This document shows positions 1 through 7,869 of a DNA stretch of 15,274 nucleotides, piece by piece. The stretch's first letter is position 1. Every line of letters begins with the position of its first letter. The position numbers and the translations under genes were made by a program. This DNA is from Campylobacterota bacterium (GTDB taxonomy: Bacteria > Campylobacterota > Campylobacteria > Campylobacterales > Sulfurovaceae): the NCBI GenBank assembly GCA_034722955.1, contig JAYEOM010000096.1, forward strand, positions 20,798-36,071. Reading direction: 5' to 3'. The notes beneath the pieces were generated by a model, which was not told the origin of the DNA, did not search any database, and saw only the letters and a program-made list of their open reading frames with translations.

Positions 1-1
1 C

Positions 2-61
2 TTGGACATCGTTATTGATCTCAATGGCGAAGATGCAGTACACGGAGATATCTTTATCTAG
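2..61 (+). CDS. 3' end of an upstream gene (partial, product unknown)
   Basis: Open frame from the window edge reads LDIVIDLNGEDAVHGDIFI then TAG at 59-61. It is protein-like and followed by repeat-rich intergenic DNA. Confidence 0.55.
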   Translation: MDIVIDLNGEDAVHGDIFI

Positions 62-137
62 TCACTTATCTCTTTGGTATGCCTCCGAAAGTTTTCATTG
101 GCATTGCCGAGGACGGATGGGAACGAGCATACAACCC

Positions 138-228
138 GTAGGGGTAGACCCGTGTGTCTACCCACATGTTAAAAACAAAACCATTTCAGATCACCATATC
201 AAGGGCAGACACACAGGTCTACCCCTAC
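138..228. repeat. Inverted pair of GTAG-type REP elements (REPIN-like doublet)
   Basis: 138-163 is GTAG-GGGTAGAC-CCGTGT-GTCTACCC (GTAG foot plus 8-bp hairpin). The reverse complement of 203-228 is GTAG-GGGTAGAC-CTGTGT-GTCTGCCC. 24/26 identical, inverted, 39-bp spacer. Confidence 0.85.
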
Positions 229-306
229 AGTCGTGTTGCCCATTTTTTCTTCCATATTCAAATCTCTTATCAACTCCAGTAGAGTACCTCTATCTTTTCC
301 TGCCAT
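199..306 (-). CDS. Candidate 35-aa small ORF (MAGKDRGTLLELIRDLNMEEKMGNTTVGVDLCVCP)
   Basis: ATG at 306, TAAGGT RBS at 320-315 (8-nt spacing), extended -10 TGTTAAAAT at 353-345. The 3' end runs through the second REP to TGA at 201-199. Confidence 0.3.
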   Translation of the reverse strand: MAGKDRGTLLELIRDLNMEEKMGNTTVGVDLCVCP

Positions 307-344
307 ACTTTTGTACCTTATTTATCTATGAAAATATCTAAGTT

Positions 345-353
345 ATTTTAACA
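345..353 (-). promoter_or_regulatory. Extended -10 (TGtTAAAAT), divergent from the MoxR operon
   Basis: Reverse complement of attttaaca. Matches TGn-TAnaAT in an AT-rich intergenic region. Confidence 0.45.
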
Positions 354-400
354 TAAAATCGTTCTTTTAAGACTTGATGGTTAACTCTCATAGATAATTG

Positions 401-409
401 TGCTATGAT
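401..409 (+). promoter_or_regulatory. Extended -10 (TGcTATGAT) of the MoxR operon, possibly leaderless
   Basis: TG-C-TATGAT ends 6 nt before ATG 416, and no Shine-Dalgarno is present. Confidence 0.5.
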
Positions 410-415
410 ACATCT

Positions 416-1339
416 ATGAATGATAAATTAAATCCACAATTGGTTCCTGTAGTAGATGCTATCGAGTCGGAGTTGATCGGTAAGCGAAATGTTATTGTAC
501 TTGCTTTGACAGCTTATTTTGCCGGTGGGCATGTATTGTTAGAGGATATCCCAGGTGTAGGCAAGACTACTTTGGCGAAGAGATTTGCCGAAGTATTGGG
601 TCTGGATTTTGGTCGGATCCAGTTCACGAGTGATATGCTCCCCTCTGATATATTGGGTGTGAGCTATTTCAATCAAAAAGAGGGTGCTTTTGTTCTAAAA
701 AAGGGACCTATATTTACACAGTTTCTACTCGCTGATGAGATCAACCGTGCTATGCCAAAAACACAATCTGCACTCCTAGAAGCTATGGAGGAGGGGCATG
801 TGACTATAGATGGTACTTCTCATACTCTCTCTATACCTTTTTTTGTGATCGGCACTCAAAACCCACATGAAGAGGTGGGGACTTTTCCTCTGCCGCATTC
901 GCAACTAGATCGCTTTATCTGCTCTTTTGGGATAGGTTATCCAGATCAAGTATCAGAGAGAAAGATACTCTTGGGTGCAGCATCTGCTCCGCATGTGAAG
1001 AGAGATCCACTCTTGAGTATAGAGCAGATCACTGATCTGATGCAGAGAGCCAGAGAGGTACGGCTGAGTGATGCTATGTTGAACTATCTCCAAGATATTA
1101 TACACTTTACCCGTGAGAGCAAGCTCTTTGAGTATGGACTATCTACACGAGGTGCATTGGCATTGACTGGGATGCTCAAGTCATGGGCTATGCTCCATGG
1201 AAGAGAGTACGCTACTCCTGACGATCTACAGGCTGTAACCTCTGCTGTGTGTGCCCACCGTATGCGTTTTGTGGAGGGGGTGACAACTGCCGGTCGTATT
1301 CACCATGAGATCTTTTCGCATGTTCGTTCAGATACTTAG
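416..1339 (+). CDS. moxR: MoxR-family AAA+ ATPase
   Basis: HVLLEDIPGVGKT (Walker A), RIQFTSDMLPSDILG, LLADEINRA (Walker B), TQNP (sensor I), LDRF. ATG 416 preferred over TTG 398. Confidence 0.95.
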   Translation: MNDKLNPQLVPVVDAIESELIGKRNVIVLALTAYFAGGHVLLEDIPGVGKTTLAKRFAEVLGLDFGRIQFTSDMLPSDILGVSYFNQKEGAFVLKKGPIFTQFLLADEINRAMPKTQSALLEAMEEGHVTIDGTSHTLSIPFFVIGTQNPHEEVGTFPLPHSQLDRFICSFGIGYPDQVSERKILLGAASAPHVKRDPLLSIEQITDLMQRAREVRLSDAMLNYLQDIIHFTRESKLFEYGLSTRGALALTGMLKSWAMLHGREYATPDDLQAVTSAVCAHRMRFVEGVTTAGRIHHEIFSHVRSDT

Positions 1340-1354
1340 ATACAAAATACTCCG

Positions 1355-2224
1355 ATGAGATCTTTTCGAAACTTTATCAGGATACGAAAGCGTGTCACTC
1401 AGAGGGCAACTATCTATAGTCTATTGGTTGTTATACTTCTCTTTGGACTCTTCCTAGAAGCCTATATGCATAACTTCAATCTAGTCTATATCACACTATT
1501 TTTTGTATTTGCTACCGCATTTAGTGCAGGACCTTTTGGTATCCTGAATATCGGACAGCTTGAAGCTGGTTTTAGCCATACCCAGAGACTATATGCAGGA
1601 GAAGATGGCAATTGTCTCTTTAGGGTATCCAATCTATCAACTGCACCCGCATGGGCTATAACAGTGCATTGTGATAGCTATGCTACACAAGCGATGAGGA
1701 TAGAGGCGGAGAGCAGTAGCCTGATCGCACTCTCTATCTCTCCCCAAAAACGCGGACGGATGCACTCCGATGAGTGTTGGCTACAGAGCTTTTTCCCACT
1801 CTCTACAGTACGCTTTGTACTCCCTGTGGAGAAGTGTTGTGAAGCTATCATCTATCCTAGACCATCCGGAAAACCGCTAAGCTCATTTCTCTCACAACAG
1901 GAGAGACCTTTCGGGGAGGAGAGAGATTTTGATGGGTTATCTCCATATAGCGGAAAGGAGAGTCTCTCTCGTATCCATTGGGCATCAGTAGCCAAGGGAG
2001 AACCGGCAGTAAAGCAGTTCGCCCATGTGATGGAGACAAAAGAGTTGGTATTTGATTTTTATCGCTCAGGCAGAGATGATGAGTCTCGTTTGTCGCAGTT
2101 GACGCTTTGGGTTTTAGAGTGTGAGCGGACGAGAGAAGCATTTAGGATCAATATGCCTCATAAGGTACTCAAGTCAAACCAGGAGAGTGTCGATGCGATT
2201 CTTGAATATCTCGCGCTTTACTGA
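1355..2224 (+). CDS. DUF58 domain membrane-anchored protein (MoxR partner)
   Basis: Two N-terminal TM segments, the DFDGLSPY...RIHWASVAKG motif typical of DUF58, and position directly after moxR. Confidence 0.85.
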   Translation: MRSFRNFIRIRKRVTQRATIYSLLVVILLFGLFLEAYMHNFNLVYITLFFVFATAFSAGPFGILNIGQLEAGFSHTQRLYAGEDGNCLFRVSNLSTAPAWAITVHCDSYATQAMRIEAESSSLIALSISPQKRGRMHSDECWLQSFFPLSTVRFVLPVEKCCEAIIYPRPSGKPLSSFLSQQERPFGEERDFDGLSPYSGKESLSRIHWASVAKGEPAVKQFAHVMETKELVFDFYRSGRDDESRLSQLTLWVLECERTREAFRINMPHKVLKSNQESVDAILEYLALY

Positions 2225-4142
2225 CCCTACGCCGTTGAGGCTGTTGGATTATGCTTATATGGTTGTACTGCTCCCTCTGCTTCTGCTGATAAAGGTGCCG
2301 ATGCTACTCTACCTGCTACTGGTATTTGTGTTGCTTCTACTCCACAAAAACCCTACAAATCTGACACTGTTTTTTACAGCTATACTCGGTCTGTTGGCTC
2401 TGTTTTTATCTCTCTATGGTGCATTCAATTTCAGTGGGCTTTCGCGTCTTCGTATCTTTATAGAGCTTCTGGTCTATCTGCTCTTGATCGCGGTCTCTCT
2501 GCAGCGTATGACAGGTCAGATAAATTTTTATCTGCTCATCTCTCCAGTTCTGCTGCTGGCTCTCTCACTCTTCTTTTTCAACTCGATAGTGATGCTTGTC
2601 TATGTTGTGATAGAGATATTTTTTCTGCTGTTATTGATCTTGTCCTATAGAATGCAGGGGAGTTTGAGAGAAAATCTTCGTATGACAGGGATGCTGTTTG
2701 CTCTCTCTCTGCCTTGGGTTATGCTGCTGTTTGTCTTTTTTCCTCGTATATCTTTTGAGCATGCTTCGTATGGATTTCATGGTGATGATGTGAGTCGTAC
2801 AGGACATGACGGTATGATGTATCTGGACAACAAAGCCCTTCTTGTCCCCTCTGATCGTATCGTGATGGAGGTTGGATTTGAAGATCTTGTTCCTACTTCG
2901 GAACAACTCTATTTTCGCGGTACAGTTCTCTATAGCGAAGAGAAGAACCACTGGAAGCCATTACCAAAGGCGATCAAAAGAGGAGCTAGAGAACCCCTAG
3001 AGAGGATGGATGATCTCATCGTCTATAAAGTATCGCTATATCCTACAAAAAAGCGTTGGCTATATCTGCTGGATATGCCTGTAGAGGCACCATCAGGTGC
3101 AACAGTAGATGCAGATTTTGTGACTACGCTCAAAGAGCCTATCCAGGATCCTCAACACTATGAGGCGAGCTCAGCACTTGGGTATAGTTATGGCAAATAT
3201 GTCGAACCGGCTATCATCAAAGCATCATTGAGTTACCATCGGGATGATAATCCCCAGAGTCTAAAGCTAGGAAAGAGGCTCCAAGAGAAGTATCCAGATA
3301 GCAAGTTGCGTGCTACAGCTCTCGTAAATATCTTCAAAGATCAAAATCTAACCTACTCCCTGAGACCTAAACCAATCGATCTCAACCACTCCGTTGATAG
3401 TTTTCTTTTTGAGAAGAGAAGTGGTTATTGTGTCCATTTTGCTTCATCTTTTGTACTGTTGGCTCGTATGGCCGGTATACCGGCACGCATCGTCACAGGC
3501 TACAAAGCAGATCCTATCAATAGTATTAAAAATTATCTGATCATCAAAGAGCGAGATGCTCATGCCTGGGCAGAACTACTCATAGATAGAAGATGGATAC
3601 GATATGAGACAACTGCTACTGCAAGCATGATAGATACCAAGACAGTAGAGCTGTTAGGGCAAGAGCAAAATTCTCAAGAGGGTGATAAGTTTTTCACACA
3701 GACTCATCTATACTTGATGTATCTCAAATATCAGGTAGAGACTTGGATACTGGAGTATAGCTATTTTCGTCAAATGCAACTCCTAGATAGAGCTAGAGGG
3801 GAGCCTGGTTTTGTGTTGAAGTTACTATCCTCTTTTGGTCTCTTTGTTCTGCTGAGTTTTGCACTCTTCTTCTATTTTCGCCGTCCCGTATGCCAAGATA
3901 AGCTATTGTGCACTATATCACCACTGCTTAAAGTACTCCAAAAAGAGGGATACAGGCGTAAAGATGGAGAGACAATGCATCACTTTTTTCAACGCTATAT
4001 CTCTGACCATCCAGAGCGAAAATCACTCAAAGAGATAGATAGACTCTATGAGCTGATCCGTTATGGGGATGATGACTCCACAGAGACCCAAAAAGAGCTG
4101 CAAAGAGTGATCAGAGCGTTTGAAAGTGGAGTCTCTCAATAG
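2193..4142 (+). CDS. Membrane transglutaminase-like protein (TgpA/DUF3488 family)
   Basis: Multi-TM N-terminus; LYFRG motif; GYCVHFASS (Cys), GIPARIVTGY, HAWAE (His), WIRYET; C-terminal TM and YELIRYG tail. ATG 2193 has AGGAG at 2181-2185. Confidence 0.9.
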   Translation: MRFLNISRFTDPTPLRLLDYAYMVVLLPLLLLIKVPMLLYLLLVFVLLLLHKNPTNLTLFFTAILGLLALFLSLYGAFNFSGLSRLRIFIELLVYLLLIAVSLQRMTGQINFYLLISPVLLLALSLFFFNSIVMLVYVVIEIFFLLLLILSYRMQGSLRENLRMTGMLFALSLPWVMLLFVFFPRISFEHASYGFHGDDVSRTGHDGMMYLDNKALLVPSDRIVMEVGFEDLVPTSEQLYFRGTVLYSEEKNHWKPLPKAIKRGAREPLERMDDLIVYKVSLYPTKKRWLYLLDMPVEAPSGATVDADFVTTLKEPIQDPQHYEASSALGYSYGKYVEPAIIKASLSYHRDDNPQSLKLGKRLQEKYPDSKLRATALVNIFKDQNLTYSLRPKPIDLNHSVDSFLFEKRSGYCVHFASSFVLLARMAGIPARIVTGYKADPINSIKNYLIIKERDAHAWAELLIDRRWIRYETTATASMIDTKTVELLGQEQNSQEGDKFFTQTHLYLMYLKYQVETWILEYSYFRQMQLLDRARGEPGFVLKLLSSFGLFVLLSFALFFYFRRPVCQDKLLCTISPLLKVLQKEGYRRKDGETMHHFFQRYISDHPERKSLKEIDRLYELIRYGDDDSTETQKELQRVIRAFESGVSQ

Positions 4143-4160
4143 CTGATATCTGAAGACTCC
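4128..4160. terminator. Possible hairpin at a convergent gene junction
   Basis: GGAGTCT (4128-4134) pairs with AGACTCC (4154-4160), with some inner pairing, at convergent stops. U-tracts are weak. Confidence 0.3.
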
Positions 4161-5714
4161 TTACTCTATCTCCTCAGGCAACTCCAGTGCATCTATATGT
4201 ACAATAGCTGAACTCCCTGCTATCCCTTGCAACGCTCCATACATCTCTGTGGTGTTGGCTAGGACTCCATCTATAGTCTTCTCTCTTCTCTTCCAAGATG
4301 CCATCAGGGATCGCTTCTCTTTGGCTAGTTCATCTTGCATCTTGATAAATCCATCTACTATAGCTTTCATCTGCATAGAGAACTCATTGCCTGTCATATA
4401 GTCGTAGAGCAGACTCATTTTGTCGGCTCTATTTTCATCTCTACGGATGCCTTGATGAAGTCGTATGAGACTCTCACGCAATAGAGATACAGAGCCTTTG
4501 AACTCATCGAGGCTACAGACCCATATCCCATCGACAAAGCCCATCCGTCTCATCTCTTTTGGATATACAGATGTTACTAGCACACCTATATCGGCATTGA
4601 CACTCAACATATCCTGTTTGAGTTTAGCTATCCAGCTGTCACTCCAAGCCTTGGTATTTTTACTCTCATAACATATCACACCGCAGTTGGGTATTTCGCG
4701 AGTATTGACAGTCTGCACACAATCTGCCCCAAAAGCTCCCTTCTTGACCTCATCGATGCTATCGAAAGGAAACTGAGACTCCAGCCACGACTCTATGGTC
4801 AGCTCTAGGGCTTCACCCTGCACTTGCATAGAGCCCTGCTCAGCCTTTCTTCTGGCATTATCTATATCTCTACGCATCTGCTCTATCTGCTCATCTTTTG
4901 CTTTGAGTTTGAGTTCATTTTGCTCTGATATACTCTTGGCTATCTTCGCCTTCTCTTCTTGCAGTAGTCTACTTAGTTCTACTTGTGCCTCTGCCTTGGC
5001 TTTGGATGTCAGCTCATCTTTTTCTCTTTTGAGCTTTGCTATCTCTATAGTGGCATTGTTGAGCTCTTTTACCTGTTCTGATTTGGCCTTTAACTCTTTT
5101 TGGAGTAGCTGGAGTGACTCATTTTGTTCTGCTGCAAGCTCTTTTTTGAGTAGCTCTTTGGCTCTCTCTTGTTCAAGCTTCTCTTTGGCTCTCTCTTCTT
5201 GAAACTCCTGCTTTAGCTTCTCTTTGGTTTTGATCTGCTCTAGATCAGCTCTATCCTGCTCTAGTTTGAGTTTAGCATTGAACTCTTGCTCTATATCTGC
5301 TTTTATTTTATCTTCTATTTCAGATTTTTCTCGTTGTAGCTTGGCTATTTGTATCTTGCTTTTATGGAGTTCTTGCACTTGTGCAGACTTCTCATCAAGC
5401 TCTTTTTGTAGGAGTGCCATAGACTCTTTTTGTTCAGCTAAAAGCTCTCTCTTTATCTCTGATTGGAGTCTTGCACTCTCCTCTTTGACTTTAGCTTCTG
5501 TCGCTTTGGCTAGTTGGGTATCAAACTCTTCTCTCTCTACTTTGAGTCTGCCTAGTGCCTCTTTGTACTCATCTCTCTTTGCCTCTATCTCATCTTGAAG
5601 TTTTTTGGATGCTATAGCATTTCTCTGTTTTATCTCATCTTCAAGCTGATGAGATAGTCTCTCATTGACATCTATCTCTACGCCACAACTGGGGCATTCT
5701 ATGGTGGTTGACAT
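4161..5714 (-). CDS. DUF2130 family coiled-coil protein
   Basis: N-terminal IECPSCG, long E/K-rich coiled coil, C-terminal GSMQVQGEALE...GADCVQ...YESKNTK.WS..WI.KLK.D. ATG 5714 follows a GAAAGGA RBS. Confidence 0.88.
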   Translation of the reverse strand: MSTTIECPSCGVEIDVNERLSHQLEDEIKQRNAIASKKLQDEIEAKRDEYKEALGRLKVEREEFDTQLAKATEAKVKEESARLQSEIKRELLAEQKESMALLQKELDEKSAQVQELHKSKIQIAKLQREKSEIEDKIKADIEQEFNAKLKLEQDRADLEQIKTKEKLKQEFQEERAKEKLEQERAKELLKKELAAEQNESLQLLQKELKAKSEQVKELNNATIEIAKLKREKDELTSKAKAEAQVELSRLLQEEKAKIAKSISEQNELKLKAKDEQIEQMRRDIDNARRKAEQGSMQVQGEALELTIESWLESQFPFDSIDEVKKGAFGADCVQTVNTREIPNCGVICYESKNTKAWSDSWIAKLKQDMLSVNADIGVLVTSVYPKEMRRMGFVDGIWVCSLDEFKGSVSLLRESLIRLHQGIRRDENRADKMSLLYDYMTGNEFSMQMKAIVDGFIKMQDELAKEKRSLMASWKRREKTIDGVLANTTEMYGALQGIAGSSAIVHIDALELPEEIE

Positions 5715-5845
5715 ATATATTCCTTTCAATTTTTAGGAACACAAATTTAAGGGAACCTCTAATAGCCTTCAAAAGGGATTGCCATTATCATGTAGTCTTG
5801 GAGGTACCTTTTGTGGATACTCCTTGGGGTAGCCTTATGTAGTTA

Positions 5846-6409
5846 CTAGAAGAAGTAGTGTAGAGCGATCTCTACTCCATGTATGTTGTCTTTAATGCAT
5901 GATGCTCCGCAGGTATCTTTGACTATGAGATAGCGATATCCGATACTAAGATCCAGACGGTCACTCAGATAATACATAAAACCAACATTCCCACCATATG
6001 CGTAACCATAATCTTCCCACTCAACTACTAGATCGTTCTCTATACGGTCACCGGAGAAGAGTACCCAGCCTGCAGATACTCCTAGATAGATACGACCTTT
6101 TCCACCTAGTAGACCAGCAACAACGGTTCTATCTACCTCTAGCATGATGGCTTGATACTCTTCAAAGTTACTCTCATAAGAGAAGATAGTTCTCCAGACA
6201 CTGTTTTGTATTCCCAGACGGAAATCAACAACGCCCTTCTCTTCAAAAGAGTCTGAATATTTTGCTCCTATACCGGCAAAAGCATACTGTTCACTCTCTT
6301 GGATTTCAATCTCATTGACATGCATTTGTGTCGCAGGAGGATCATATGCAACTAGTTGTGTAGTGTATAAACCACATAAAATGGTAAGTGTTGAGAGTAA
6401 GTTTTTCAT
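5846..6409 (-). CDS. Small outer-membrane beta-barrel protein
   Basis: Signal peptide; amphipathic strands (IYLGVSAG, YAYGGNVGFMY, LSIGYRY); C-terminal Phe (LHYFF); AAGGA RBS. Confidence 0.8.
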   Translation of the reverse strand: MKNLLSTLTILCGLYTTQLVAYDPPATQMHVNEIEIQESEQYAFAGIGAKYSDSFEEKGVVDFRLGIQNSVWRTIFSYESNFEEYQAIMLEVDRTVVAGLLGGKGRIYLGVSAGWVLFSGDRIENDLVVEWEDYGYAYGGNVGFMYYLSDRLDLSIGYRYLIVKDTCGASCIKDNIHGVEIALHYFF

Positions 6410-6436
6410 TTGTAATATTCCTTAAGTTGATCTGAG

Positions 6437-6445
6437 ATTATATCA
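6437..6445 (-). promoter_or_regulatory. Extended -10 TGaTATAAT overlapping the cysS stop codon
   Basis: The cysS stop TGA (6445-6443) is followed immediately by TATAAT (6442-6437), 27 nt upstream of the OMP ATG. Confidence 0.6.
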
Positions 6446-7843
6446 TAATTTTTCCCAAAGGGTTCCCTCTGTACTATCCATAATCGCAATACCCATCTCA
6501 GTGAGCTGATCTCTGATAGTATCTGAAGTTGCAAAATCTTTGGCTTTTTTGGCTTCTGTGCGTGCTGTGATAAGTCTCTCTATCTCTGTTTTGAGCTCTG
6601 GATCAATCCCGATCTGAAAATAATCAAAAGGATCTTTAGCCCCAAAACCTAGAAGTTTGTCGATGAATTCTATATTGGCAAGAGTCTCTCTCTTGAGTGC
6701 TTTATCCTTGGGATTTATATCTAGTTTTTCATTGGTTTGGGCTATCGTCTCATCGATAACAGAGAGTGCCACAGAGATATTGAGATCATCGCCCATCGCC
6801 TCCAAAAGAGATGTTTTGAACTCTTTAGATGGCGTAGATGCTTTGCCCAGAGTGATGCGTTTTTTTAGGCGATAGAGTTTGTCTAGGCGTTTTTTGGCGA
6901 TTAGAAGATCCTCTTCGTTGAAGTTGAAATCATTGCGATAGTGTATAGAGATGAGATAGTATCGAAGTATTTCGCCATCATAGGCTTCTAGGGCATCCTT
7001 GAGAAAAAAACTGTTCCCTAGTGACTTGCTCATCTTCTCTCCATCGATCTGTACAAAACCATTGTGCATCCAGTATTTGGCTAGTTCATGTCCTGAGGCA
7101 CATCGGCTTTGTGCAGCTTCATTTTCATGGTGAGGAAAGAGTAGGTCGGCACCGCCGCCATGGATATCTATAGAGTACTCTTTAGTAGATTGAAAGTGTT
7201 TTTCGATCATAGCAGAGCACTCGATATGCCAACCGGGTCGTCCAGAGCCAAATGGTGCATCGAAGCATATCTCATCTAACTCTTCACACGCTTTCCATAG
7301 AGCGAAATCTTTTGGATTTTTTTTCTCTAGAGTATGTTCTACTCGACTCTGTGTATCACTATCATCACTGACACGATGGGAGATCTCACCATATCTGGGA
7401 TCCCTGGCAGTATCAAAATAGACATCACCACTGCTGATGCGATAAGCAAACCCCTCTTCCAAGAGTCTCTCTATCATTGCCTTGATAGCATCCATAGACT
7501 CTGTAGCTTTAGGCTCAATATCACTCCTCTCTACAGCAAGTGCATCCATCTCTCTGAGGTAGCGGTCGATATAGTAGTCGGTGATCTCTCTCATGCTTCT
7601 GCCACTCTCTTCAACTTTTTTGATGATTTTGTCATCAATGTCAGTGAAGTTTTTGGCGAGGGTAACGCTGTATCCTAGAGTATGAAGTGTGCGGGCAAGG
7701 AGATCAAAGCTAAGAGCACTCCTAGCATGTCCTAAGTGTGCATCATCATAAACAGTAGGACCACAAACATAGATAGAGACTTCACCATCTCTGAGTGGCT
7801 CAAATGGTACTTTCTTTCTCTTTACACTATCATAGATAAACAT
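6443..7843 (-). CDS. cysS: Cysteine--tRNA ligase
   Basis: YVCGPTVYD, HLGH (HIGH), GRPGWHIECSAM, DIHGGG.DL.FPHHENE, KMSKS. Confidence 0.99.
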   Translation of the reverse strand: MFIYDSVKRKKVPFEPLRDGEVSIYVCGPTVYDDAHLGHARSALSFDLLARTLHTLGYSVTLAKNFTDIDDKIIKKVEESGRSMREITDYYIDRYLREMDALAVERSDIEPKATESMDAIKAMIERLLEEGFAYRISSGDVYFDTARDPRYGEISHRVSDDSDTQSRVEHTLEKKNPKDFALWKACEELDEICFDAPFGSGRPGWHIECSAMIEKHFQSTKEYSIDIHGGGADLLFPHHENEAAQSRCASGHELAKYWMHNGFVQIDGEKMSKSLGNSFFLKDALEAYDGEILRYYLISIHYRNDFNFNEEDLLIAKKRLDKLYRLKKRITLGKASTPSKEFKTSLLEAMGDDLNISVALSVIDETIAQTNEKLDINPKDKALKRETLANIEFIDKLLGFGAKDPFDYFQIGIDPELKTEIERLITARTEAKKAKDFATSDTIRDQLTEMGIAIMDSTEGTLWEKL

Positions 7844-7869
7844 TATCTGACAACCTTGTAGTTTTTCAA

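Noticed and set aside
15..341. 108-aa plus-strand ORF
   Set aside because: It has no RBS, overlaps the upstream gene tail out of frame, and reads through both REPs (VGVDPCVYP, GRHTGLPL are REP translations).
3590..3620. Transglutaminase third triad residue is Glu (WIRYETT) rather than Asp
   Set aside because: D/E variation at this position is common in bacterial transglutaminase-like proteins, so it is not evidence of inactivation.
4465..5598. Plus-strand Ser/Leu-rich ORFs (4465-4671, 4795-5202, 5224-5598)
   Set aside because: Antisense shadows of the E/K-rich DUF2130 coiled coil.
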